A stretch of 64,000 nucleotides of DNA. It comes from Octopus sinensis. Taxonomy: Eukaryota. Below are positions 51,879 to 64,000 of this stretch, in pieces. Under the pieces are notes generated by a model that worked only from the letters and a program-made list of their open reading frames with translations, did not search any database and was not told the origin of the DNA. How positions within the stretch are numbered: the first letter of the stretch is position 1; each line of letters opens with the position of its first letter. The position numbers and the translations under genes are program-made. The DNA lies in NCBI RefSeq assembly GCF_006345805.1, contig NC_043008.1, forward strand, positions 2,790,001 through 2,854,000. Reading direction: 5' to 3'.

Positions 51879-52774
51879 TATATTTGACAATATTTGTGGA
51901 TATGATGACGTTCGACTTTCTAGGCTACATTTTACGTATATGTAGATAAAAATCATGAAAAACCTTCGAAATTTTAAGACGAAGAAACGATCTGTGGAAA
52001 TTAAAAAGTAAATATTTGAAGTAAACAGAAGCAAATTGTTTACAAGTTGATAAATAAAAATAATAATATTCGTTTGAACATATGAGTTTTAAAACATACA
52101 AAAGAAAATGATATCGAGTCTGCGTAGGTGCATTCACATACTTTTATTTTGCAGGTGGAAAAATACTTTTTAAAGAAGCCTTTACCAATGTTTTCTCCAT
52201 TGTTGACACCACTCATTTATTTTCTACACATTACATTATTAGAAACGATTTCTGAATATATACAACAAAGACCGGTACCGACGTTGAAACATATACGCAC
52301 AGATACATAACAATATATGTTACCTGCGCGTGTATGAATATACGTTTGTGTATATACATGTTTTGTTGAAACCTACATATACATTTATATCTCTACATTA
52401 TATCTTGGATACATCAGGAATAATCGGTCATGTGACTTATGAGAAAAACTGCATGAATTACGATATATGTTTATTCCATGGATACATTTACTCTTAAAGG
52501 ATTGAGACCTATCACCATCCCAGTGGATTGTATGTGTATGGAAATTGATACACATGGTTCGTTATATGTTGTCATTTTTCTCACTTCGGTTTCACTGGCT
52601 GTTTATAATGACCAAAAGAGGAATATTAGAATTATTCACATTGTAAATTCTGAACAGTAAAATATTTTGAACCGTTCATTTAATGTAGCTTTTCAACAGC
52701 GCGTTAATGCTTATATGAATCCGCTACACCAAGGATCACCCTAAGCTATCCACTAATACTATATTTGTTTACTC

Positions 52775-53375
52775 AAAGGCGGCGAACTGACAGAAATGCT
52801 TAGCGGTATTTCGTCTGTCTTTACGTTCTGGTTTCAAATTCCGCCGAGGCCGACTTTGCCTCTCATCCTTTCGGCGTCGATAAATTAAGTACCAGTTGCG
52901 TATTAATCGAGATGGCCCTCCCCACAAATTTATGGGCTTTGTGCCTAGAGTATAATTAAAAAGGATTTTCATAAAGGCAGGGAGCTGGCAGAATCTTTAG
53001 CACGACGGCATACTGAGTTCACGTTTCATGTGGTCGACTTTCCCTTTCACCCTTTCGGGGTCGATAAAAGATTTGTGTAACTCAAGTCCATGTCATTGAC
53101 TTCCACTTCCTCCTCCTCCTCCTTCTCCTCCAAATTTCAGGGTTTGAACTTATAGTAGAAATGATTATTTGCTATTCATATTCGCGCCCGGCAAGATTAT
53201 TAGCAATATTTCGGCTGTAGCTACGTCCGGAGTTCAAATTCTACCGAGGTCGACTTTGCCTTACATTTTTTCGGTGTCTATAAATATAAGTACCAATGAA
53301 ATATTAGGAACGACATAATGGTATAGACCCTTCCTCCAAATTTCCAGACCTTCTGCCTTTAATAGAAAGGAGTAT
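52775..53375 (+). mobile_element. Three head-to-tail family A SINE copies
   Basis: ttcaaattccgccgaggccgactttgcc, gtcgactttccctttcaccctttcgggg and gttcaaattctaccgaggtcgactttgcc, each ending near tgcctagag / ttatagtagaa / tttaatagaa. Confidence 0.75.
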
Positions 53376-54033
53376 TTAATATTCCATTCATGCGACATAG
53401 TAATGTGACATAAGATTAACTCATACGAAGTAACAGTTCATTAAACCCCTTCAAGTTTCACGTTCTTTGCCTCAAGAATGAACCTTCTGTATTTCCCCTC
53501 ATTATATTATATCGGTCAAATATATTCCAATGTCCCTCGTCTAAAGTCTTCAGTAAGAGTTAATAGTTTAATCCATATATTTATTTAAATTCTCCAAAAA
53601 ATTAGCGAAGATTTATAGAGATTGGCTTATTACGGCGAAGTTTTATAGAGATTTATTTATAACGGCGCTGCATCCGCATGGCTGCAACTATGAGCTGAAA
53701 CTTCAGCAAAATATAAATAAATAAAACTCAATGAATGCATCACTGAGTTACTGATGAAGCAACAACATTGAACTGATTTTTACAACAATATTACTTCACT
53801 TTATTCATCTTTAACATGTATTTCACTAAAGACAATGGTAAATTGTTTGTCATTTCAGGGTTCCATCTCGGCTATTGTTTCGAAATATTGTATTTGTTTC
53901 GTCTTGCTCGTTGTGTTTACGCAGAAATTCAGCGTAAGTAAATTGGATCAGCCGATTAAGATACGCTCGCTTACTCCAAATTTCCAAGCTGAAGTTGAAA
54001 ACCAGCAATACATAAATATAAATATAAATATAA

Positions 54034-54132
<99 letters not shown>

Positions 54133-54979
54133 CCATATATATTTACGTAGATATACATGTATATCTGTGTGTGTGTGTGAGTGTGTCTATATTTGTGTAT
54201 ATATATACATATGTATATATGTATATTTATGTATGTATGTATGTATAAATCTTGAACAAACACGGAATATAATAACAAAATATTTACATTAATTGATTCT
54301 TATATACACCCTTCGTAGAAAATTGATTTTATATTTGTAAATCAATTAATGTATTTGTAAATTAGTTAATGTAATTCTAATATAAACACACGGATTCTAA
54401 TCAATCGGAAATAGTAATTAAAAAAAAAGGTTTGATGTCGATGCCAATTGAATGATGCAAATATAAATACTCCTAAATATGTGAGATGAGTTCTTGCTAA
54501 TACGATTATAATTTTTCACACCATTAACCTCATTTTAGAGACAAAAATATTTGTACTATTCCAATTTACACCCCATTTGCCATGTAACTGTTTGTATATG
54601 AGAATTAGTTGGGTCTTTCTCTGGAACCTAAATGTATGCTGATAAGGTGTGTTTGTTTCTAAACAGACTGTTGCATGGTTACTAATCTAGGTCCAGCCAT
54701 CCATGTACACTCTCCAAATAAAATCTTATATGAGGTAATGTATACACAGAAGAGTAACGCAAATGACGTAACATTTATAATACTGACATGCAAGTAAGGA
54801 TCTGTACATAGACAAGAAGGAACATTGACCTTTGAGACACGTTTTACATTTTCCGATAGTGGTTGATACCTAGTGTACATATTAGAAATATTGATTTCTT
54901 GTACAGTAAATACGTTGAGTTACTTAATCTGATATAACAAGTTGTACATGAAATATATACTTAAGTGTATTCGATAATA

Positions 54980-55390
54980 TTGGTTTCAAATTTTGGCAGA
55001 AGTTCTCTGAAGACAGTATGCCCATTTCATTGACCCCAGTGCTCAAATGGTTCTTATTATATCGATCTCGAAATATTGAAAGGTAAATTCAACCACAGCG
55101 TAATTTGTACTGTGAATATAAAGCCGAGAGAAATTGCAGCGCTAAACATTATACCAGCTCACCGCCTATGGGGTTGCTGATATTGTTCTCTATTATAAGC
55201 ACAAGGCCTAAAATCTGGGGGAGGGGATACTCGATCACAATGACGCCAGTGCTGACAGGTACATATTTCATTAATCCAGAAACATGGAAGGCATATTAGA
55301 TCCCAGTGAAATTTGAACTTAGATCATAAGCTACAAGAAATGCTGGTGTGCGCAGTCTGGCATATTAACCATCCTGCCAGCTCGTCACCT
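54980..55390 (-). mobile_element. Two degenerate family A SINE fragments
   Basis: attgaccccagtgctc...atcgatctcgaa and acaaggcctaaaatctggggg...atttgaactt. Confidence 0.55.
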
Positions 55391-55994
55391 TTCTACTATA
55401 CAATATTAACACCCAATAACTGTATAACAATATTCCAGGAATGAGTTTGAACGTTAATCTAATCCATCCGGTTTTTTTTTTTCATTATTCCTTCTAACAT
55501 GCATTTTTATTTATATTTACGTGTTAATTCCTACAAATTCTACATTGATTTACATAAAAGTAAAATATGATTGGAAAATGGAAACTTTTCGAAAGTTCTA
55601 GCCAATGAATCAAAGAAAAGAGCAAATTTGTGCAGTGGATAAGCTACTGATTTTCTTCACTCTGCAAAATACTTACACCTGCGGGAATATGTGAGGTAAC
55701 GTATTGAAAGTCAAACAAGTCGTGGCAGGTCCATGATGCCCATTCGGAACTGCACCCACACACCTTAAAATTTACCCTAGTTTTATACCTAATGTCGTCA
55801 GTGTAACACAACCTACGCTCTTGCGATTAAACCAGTGACTCTTCATCGCCTCACATGCAAGCGTGTGTGCGTGTGTATGTGTCTATGTCAACGTCCGTAT
55901 AACTGGATCATAACATACGAATAAACCTACATAAAACAGCGGTTTATAATGACATGCATTTGCATTTCTCTCTTCTCTTACACATACACACACA

Positions 55995-56026
<32 letters not shown>

Positions 56027-57712
56027 CGTCACCATCTTCATACTTGCCTAAAGCTATTGTAGATGAGCCTCGTGATGAATTTGCATTAAAAATATATCTC
56101 AGAGAATTATTTATAATGAATGATATTAATAATATTCTTATTACTGACAGTAAGAAAAATGTTCAAGGTAACAAAAAGTTGAAATTGGCCAGAAAATATT
56201 TGATAAAGAACAAGTACAAAAACAATATGTCAAAGGGAAACTGAAAAGCATTATTTTCTTTTTCTTTTTCTTTCATTCGGAAGCATTTAAGAAACTAACT
56301 ACACGTAATTATGGAAGATGAAGATGCCTTTACGAGAAATTGGAAAATTCTCAAATATTCATAAAAGGAAAGACCTCCTTACATCAAAGGTAGGAAATTT
56401 AAACAATTCCTTACTATGAAATGTGAAGAAGGATTAATGCAGTAATTCCATTGTGAAATCGATATCGAAAAGTTGGAAAACTCCATTTAATGCATGTTCC
56501 GATATTGCCTGTTGATTTGAGGGAAGAAATTGTTGAGAGACACATGTGGGTGTTAATTATATTCGACCCATCTCCAGGCTTTCATAATCTAATCCTTCTG
56601 TGTCACCACTCCATACGCATTAGCTCTTTAAGTTGATCACTAGAATTTTACGTACATACACGCTCACACACATAAAAAAGATACATACATACACTTATAT
56701 GATTATATATATATGCATACATACATTGTTACTTAAGCATGTATATATGATTATATGCGTCTTTTTTTATTTCTCTCTCTGTTAATTTCCTCCTATTCTT
56801 TTCTGTTGCAGAGCGTTGGCTCGAAAGGTAAAAGGTTTTCTCACTTACCCGAGCGCCATACTAATACACCTGCTTGTTGTTCATACAACTGTTTTTGACT
56901 TTTGTTGTTCTGTAAATTTCAATTATATATGTATATACAAAACATACGCGCACACACATAGATTTATATGTATGTATATGCACATATATATATATATGTA
57001 TATCGAATTTCAATATTGGAAATATTAAATATACGTCACCGCATCTTTTCCAAGCAATCGTTTGATCCCAATGAGAAAGGAGGGGCAATTACACTTTTCG
57101 AACGTAAGACATGTATTCAGCTCTTTTCGTTGAATTTTCTCTTATGTGTCCTTTCAAACATTATGACACATGTATTTATATATACTTGGGGTTGTTGAGA
57201 TATGTCTGTGTGTCGAGTTATTTCTAGTTATATAGAGTGATATATAATTACGTCCTGGGTCGAGAAAGCGATATATAAAGGCATCGAAAATTAGAGAAAA
57301 TGGGTGGAAGAAACATAGCTGAGAGAGAGAGGGGGAGAGGGAGAGAGAGAGAGAGATGCTAAATAATTACAACGACGAGTGAACATTCGGAACAACTGAT
57401 ACAAACTTGTATAATGTATTATATTGCAACTTCGACTCGCTTGGTTGACTATGCTTTTCGTGTCACGGTCAATCACTTTCAGTCAAAGAATTCCTGTTAT
57501 TTTAAAACATGCATTGATGTACCCTCAAGTTAGAATTAAACGGTTGAACAATTGAGCTAACATAAGTAACTCGTTACCATTTATATATATTTATAATCTC
57601 TCCGATGATCAGCTACGTGAAGCTCTATGTAACATTTGTCAAATATTTCAGCTTCAATGAAATTATTTTTCTTTTTCTTGTTAGTTTTCATCTCTACATT
57701 ATTCTCTGAGGT

Positions 57713-57764
<52 letters not shown>

Positions 57765-57877
57765 ATGAAGGGTGAAATTAATTAATTTGGAATAATTATC
57801 AATTACACCAAGTAGTCTTCGGCATGTAAAAGCCTCATTCGAGGAAAATTTAAGTAATACTAAGCAATAAATATATA

Positions 57878-57966
<89 letters not shown>

Positions 57967-57973
57967 TATATTA

Positions 57974-58228
57974 TTGGATTGGTGCATAATTATTGAGGCC
58001 TCTTTTTTTTTCAACAAATTGTATTCAACAAAATCAATAACAATATTTAACAAAAACAACTTTAAATGACGGGCTGACTGCCTGCCAAGCAAATGGGAAG
58101 CAGTAATTGAAGTAAATGGTGAATATGCTCCGGAATAACCATTTAAAGATGTTTTTATTAGAGGTTGTTATTGTTTTTGTTGAATAGAATTTGTTGGAAA
58201 AAGCCTCAATAATTATGCACCAACCCAA
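57974..58228. mobile_element. mariner-derived MITE
   Basis: ta|ttggattggtgcataattattgaggc ... gcctcaataattatgcaccaacccaa|ta. Retains LPSKWEAVIEVNGEY, a transposase C-terminus. Confidence 0.85.
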
Positions 58229-59717
58229 TAATATTATGAATTTTGGCTTCTTATATGAGTGTTATTCCGATCGGGATATAAGCAAGAATTCATTAGTTTC
58301 CAAAATATTAAAAAGCTCGCGAATGGTCTAGCAATATACATGTTGCACTACTTTTTGAAAATGCTTGAGTTAATTACGTTTGTTTTGTACAAACAGTTAG
58401 GTACATGTTGTAGATTCACAAAATAGATAACAGTTTGTAGAGAAAGCGCATATATCAAACCGCTATCGTAAAGATGTGTAATTATTTCTGACAAATTGGA
58501 AAGTAAAATAAATTTATTAAGATCGCATTCATACAGTTTACATATGGAAAATTATTTATTACATTGGCGTAAGCTACAATTCTAGTAGTGTGTAGAAATT
58601 ATTTTAAACTGAGACAATTTATATTTGATTATTCTCGTTAATATATTTCGAGTACGTATTTTAAAAAATATTCTGTGTGGTTATGTGTGTGTGCGTGTGC
58701 GAGTGTGTGTGTGTGTATGTATGTGTATGTGTATGTATGTATCGATGCGTTTATGTATTATATAAATAAATAAATACTTGTTTATAATAATCTTTCTAGT
58801 CGCATTTCCATGATGTGGTTGTTTTGGATCCTGAAAATAGGTGTTCCATATTTATTTGAAATGCAAAAAGAACAATGACAACAACAGGCCGTCAGGGAAC
58901 AAATTATTGCATTAAGTTAAAATTAACTGTGCCCAAAGTTGAATGGTTTTTGGCGAGCCATTTTTAACTATTTCGAAATGGAAATAGACAGAAAACAATT
59001 AGAAGAGAAGGAAGTAAACTAGGTTAGTTGAAAGAAGTAAAGAAGAAATTAGAAAGAAAAGAGGAACAGAAGACAGATAGATATACTGCAAAAAGGAAAC
59101 AAACAAACAAAAATCGAGCGATGTGGAGAAAATGAATTGATGAATGAAATGTAACATATATAGCCTATAAATTATATACGTATAATCATATATAATATAA
59201 AATTAAATATATAAAATACAAAATAATATAACATAATTTACATGGAATGGATATATATAAATAACATATAAGAAATATATCTTTTATTAATTGTAAGAAA
59301 AGGCTAAATAAATAAATGAACCAATAGTGAAGATATGCAGAAGAGAGAAATGGAGAAATACGAAATGAATGGCCTAGAAAGACTAGAGACGGTAAGATGG
59401 GAGGTGAATGAAAGAGAAGGGTTGAATAAAGACAAATAAATGGGAGTCAATTATCATAGATTCATTAATGTTTTGGTTGCCAATGAATAACTGGATGGAG
59501 AGTCATGAACAAATATAATTAGTGTTCAAAGTTTATTTGAAGAAACCCATATTTTTCAAGCAGTGAAAGCTATAAATTCAACAGAGGAAGTCGCATATTA
59601 GTTCAATGTTATATGAAATATAGGACTTAACGTACACAGACACACATACACATATATATACGTATGCATATTTGTATGTTTATAGGAATGCATACATATA
59701 TACATATTTATCTACAT

Positions 59718-59783
<66 letters not shown>

Positions 59784-62700
59784 AAAATAAGCAACACGGT
59801 ATCTAGAGCCAATGCATTACGATCGTTTCAAACGACTCCATTTAATTGAACAATGCAACCATTACATCAATTTAAATGCAGAGCAATCCTCAGCTGCATA
59901 AAGACATAGAATTAAATTTAAACAGACGGACACATTAGTATAATTTTACCTAAAACCTCCAAGAAGATAAGGGGATAGACAAAGAACATGCTGTTTTCGC
60001 TTCAGCTTAGAAGTTGTATATATAAACATATATTATATATATATGTGTGTATGTATATATACAGGTGTATATGTAGACTACACATACATATATATTTCCA
60101 TTGTCGCGTTATAACAATAACATGTCCATGCTAATACTAGTCCATAACATGTACTTTAACGTTTGAGCTGATCGTAAGACACTGTGTACATACAGCGCAA
60201 TTTCCAATATTAGAGGTATCTGATTCTACCATTTCTTAGCGTTAGCGTTTCTCCCCCAAAGACCCTTTGTTTGCTTCATACCAGATCTGCGTCTGCACAG
60301 TTTTCCTTCACTACACATGTTTCTATGTATCCATGTTATGTAGATTCGCAGGATAGGAATATTAATTGGTGACAGAAATGCAGACCAGAAGAAAAAAATC
60401 AAAACTGAACATTTGTTAAACTCTATCAGTTAGTGACCCCCTACGGTTTTGTGGTAGAAATCTTATATCTGTGAATCTTAGACCTGTGTTAGCTCCCACT
60501 TACAATGTCTTGCTTGTATTCCAGCATCATATGATTAAATGTTCGATGTCTCTACAACAACCTAACTGCATTTAAATCAATGTCCCAATTAAAGTAAACC
60601 TTGTGGATATCAGCAGGCTACTTCCAAACTAGGAAATTTCTGGAGGTGAATTAACTTTGGATAGAAACGTTTGCGTTATTTGTTCCGAATCCGAGCCCTT
60701 CTAAAGCAATTCTCCCTTCATGTTTTCTGGTACCGATTAAATTATGAACTCCTCTAGAGGTTGTCATTTATTTCTATAGAAAGAAAGTTCTTTTCATGTG
60801 TTTTTTTGGATTGCTTTCAAAGCTCATTTTTTTTTTCTTATAGACATTTATGAGGAGAACAAATGCGTAGATGGATGGGACCGATATAGTGAGTGATGCT
60901 GTACTTTGGTAACATAACCACAATCAACTAAACAAGGCAAAAACAGAAAAAAGACAACAGAGCAGGTTCTAGTACGGAACGAAATTGTGTTATAAATTTT
61001 TCAGTAGCAAATCCACGTACCTGCGTCTAAAGAACCGTCATGGTGGACGAAGAATTCGAAGGAGGTTTTACAGCTATTTCTAGCACATCGTGTACGTCAA
61101 GACTCTTCTCATTGAGTTTCATGGTGATGTTAATTTACATTGATTCTGTATTCTTATTCTGCTAAATGTTGTGTAGAAGTGATTAACTCACGTAAAACAA
61201 TTTCCCTGTGTGCAAATTATAACATACATAACAATTGACATTGTGATCTAATAGTGGAAATTAGATAGTTGTAAGCGTTTAGTTATGTATTGATTGAACA
61301 TTTAATGGCATAATAACAGCAATAGTGCATGGCTTCCCTTTTTGCAGGGATCTTTCTTTCGATGCATGCTTTGGAAAACATTATTTTGCGAAGGAAAAAG
61401 CCATTTAATACCGTTTTGGCATTAATCTGTTTAAAAGACTAATCATTTGAGAAAAGTGTGTGACAGTGCATACATATTCACATCGTTGCGAGCGCATGGA
61501 AGCACGGTGCTTCATTTACACACCCCATGTCAAATATAGTTTTATAGCTTAATAACTATATATTTATATTCCTTTTATAAACATACAGATATGTCAACAC
61601 ATGTGTTTTTGCATTGTGCGTAGATGAAAAATTGAGCAAACACACAAACACTCACACAAATTGTTAACAAATGATTACATCTTAATTGAAAATCCTCAAA
61701 AAGCTGTTTAAGTTTACACGTTGAAGTTACTTAATAGTTTGCGCACAGCTTATACCAATAAAATAATGTTTTTTTTATTTATTTCTATGCATATTTAAAT
61801 TTTTTATCATAATTTCATTATTATTTTCTATATATTTCTTATACGATTTATATGTTCTTTTCCGATATTCCTTTCCCTAGTTTTACTTTCAAATTAAAAT
61901 TTACATCGTGATGTTTTTGTTGTTGTCTGTTTTCTTTTTTCGTATTTTTAATAGAAAACCCTTATACCAGAATATTGCTGTTTTTATTTTTCCTGATATC
62001 TTATGTTCACACCTCTTCCTGATTCAATGAAGCATCGGCTTCCTTTACATTTTTTCAAGATGCTATTCAATATATATTTTAATCTGATGAACACTGCAGC
62101 AAATATTTCCTCAATGACACATTTTCTTTTTTCTTGCAACATCTTTCATGGCAAGTTACATTTACATTAATATCTTTAGAATGATTAAATTGAACCAAGT
62201 TCCAATTAGCATAAGTAAACCACTTCTAAACCATTTTCTAAAGATTTGATCTTTAAACTTCATTTGGAGTATAATAAGTATATTTGGAGGTGAATTTACA
62301 TTTTATTAATTCTGATCGTGTAAATCTTGAAGAGAATATATTACAGAAAGCAAGAATTTCTCTGAGATTACCTTCCTCCCGAGAAAGATTAATCTGAACG
62401 CTGCTTATTTAAGTGTAAAGAAATTCAAACTAAAGTGAAAGTAAACAGATATTTACCAACGCGAGTGCATTTTAACATCCAAGCATAATCTATACCACTT
62501 TCACAGGGGCCGGAATGGAACATCAATAATATTTCCAGAATCTAGGATTCTTGCCACACTGGGGGAGATCGGAAGCAAAGCATCACCATGATAAAAATTC
62601 TTTTTGAAGATTAAATAGGTTGTATGAATGTTTGCAAAAGTGTGGAGGGTTACTGCAGGCTACATTTCGTTGCTAAATGTGGAGAATTATATGATTTACC

Positions 62701-62929
62701 ACCTAAGGAATGTTCAGCCACACATGTTGAATTACGAATAGATTCCATGCTCCTAATTTTGCTGTTATGGCTTACAAGAACTTAAGGATACGTGGAAGGA
62801 ATATTGCATATCTGACCAAACTCAAATCTACATGCATGCAAATCATAATTCTCGAACCAACAATCATTCACTTCCAATGTTTGTTTTGCATCCTTCTATA
62901 TTTTGGATATACAGACTTCACGAAGCGGG

Positions 62930-63575
62930 AAGAGACACGGTTGTCTTCACACGACGTACTAAACACGACACTTCAATAATTACAAACTTTCAACGGTCTC
63001 AACAACTCCTACTACTCCCGTTCTCAACCAGTACGCTATTTTTTATAAAAACTCGGTTAGTCCATTCTTACAATCCCACAGGGGAGGACGTCTAGCGCGG
63101 ACGGACCTGAAGTATTTTTGAACTTTAATTACAAACATTAATTCCAGTAAATGTTGGTATTGTTGTTAGTGTTGTTATAATTATTGCTGTTGCATCTATA
63201 CTACGGAGGCTGATATGTCTTCAGTGTCAACTAAGTTTTCTTTGATTTTCTATCAAAAGAAAAGGTAAACGTCCGACATAAGCTTTGAATAAACTCGTCG
63301 CCACTTTTATAAATGGATATATTCGTTGCCACATTTATGTCCTTCTAGACGTTACATCTATAAAGGTTTCAGGGAGTGGGGATAAACAGAATTGTCTTCA
63401 CATGACATACCTCAAATTGCCCCAATAAACACGATACTTCAATAATTACAAACCGTTAAGTATCTTAAAGTCTATCTATGACTTCCACGAACCCTCAATT
63501 ACTTCTCCCGGTCTCAACCAATACGCTAATTTTTATAAAGGTTCGGCTAGTCAATTCTTCCAATCCCACAGGGGT
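62930..63575. repeat. Two diverged copies of an unidentified repeat (62930-63085 and 63385-63575)
   Basis: Shared blocks ttgtcttcaca.gac, aaacacga.acttcaataattacaaac, tctcaacca.tacgcta.tttt, caatcccacagggg. Confidence 0.7.
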
Positions 63576-64000
63576 GTCAATGTCTCTCATCACAATAATT
63601 TGTTTACTTTATAGCTTAAATCTTCGCTTTCCCAAACATAAAATTGCAATAATATTCTCAGGGAAAGTCTGTTATTTCTATCTTTCTTATTTCTGCTTCT
63701 TCTACTCTGATTAAGCAAACTCTCTAATATTCTGAAACTATCAAAGATCTCTTTTGGCTTTTTCTGTTCTCCGATAATTTCCAATTACTGTGTTTATTTT
63801 CAAACAACTATATTATTAATTTACTAACTGAAGTGACATTTTCGTTCGCCAGTATCATCTTTCTGGATGTTTTCGGATGCCGAATAATCTTTCTCGCCAA
63901 TTACCGCAAACAAAACCACCTCTGCCACGCAGCCTTTGGGTAAATTTCTGATAACATCTGGAAGTTAATAATTCAGGGAGTAGAGACGCAGTTACAGATA

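Noticed and set aside
1-64000. CRISPR arrays, rRNA genes, telomeric arrays or prokaryotic systems
   Set aside because: No repeat-spacer periodicity, no rRNA motifs and no TTAGGG arrays. The composition is eukaryotic repeat-rich DNA.

Overview
AT-rich, repeat-dense eukaryotic non-coding DNA, probably intronic or intergenic sequence from an octopus. This assignment is an inference from recognising octopus-type tRNA-derived SINEs and from very dense TA/GATA/ATC/AAT microsatellites. I cannot identify any host protein-coding gene: nearly every long ORF in the track is microsatellite or a decayed transposon. The window holds many SINEs, two 5'-truncated RTE LINE ends, several mariner/Tc1/maT relics and MITEs, a Chapaev3-like transposase relic and a non-autonomous Helitron. 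It also has a 613-bp tandem duplication and a near-perfect 90-bp foldback. The most interesting signal is a set of hammerhead-ribozyme motifs. One is a nearly complete type I motif at 16492-16539. A divergent, opposite-strand pair flanks a Penelope-like element (43639-44724) whose terminal repeat contains a tRNA-like segment and an (AAT)n tract holding an inserted R4/Dong-like retroelement fragment. A few splice-site-bounded candidate exons are listed at low confidence.
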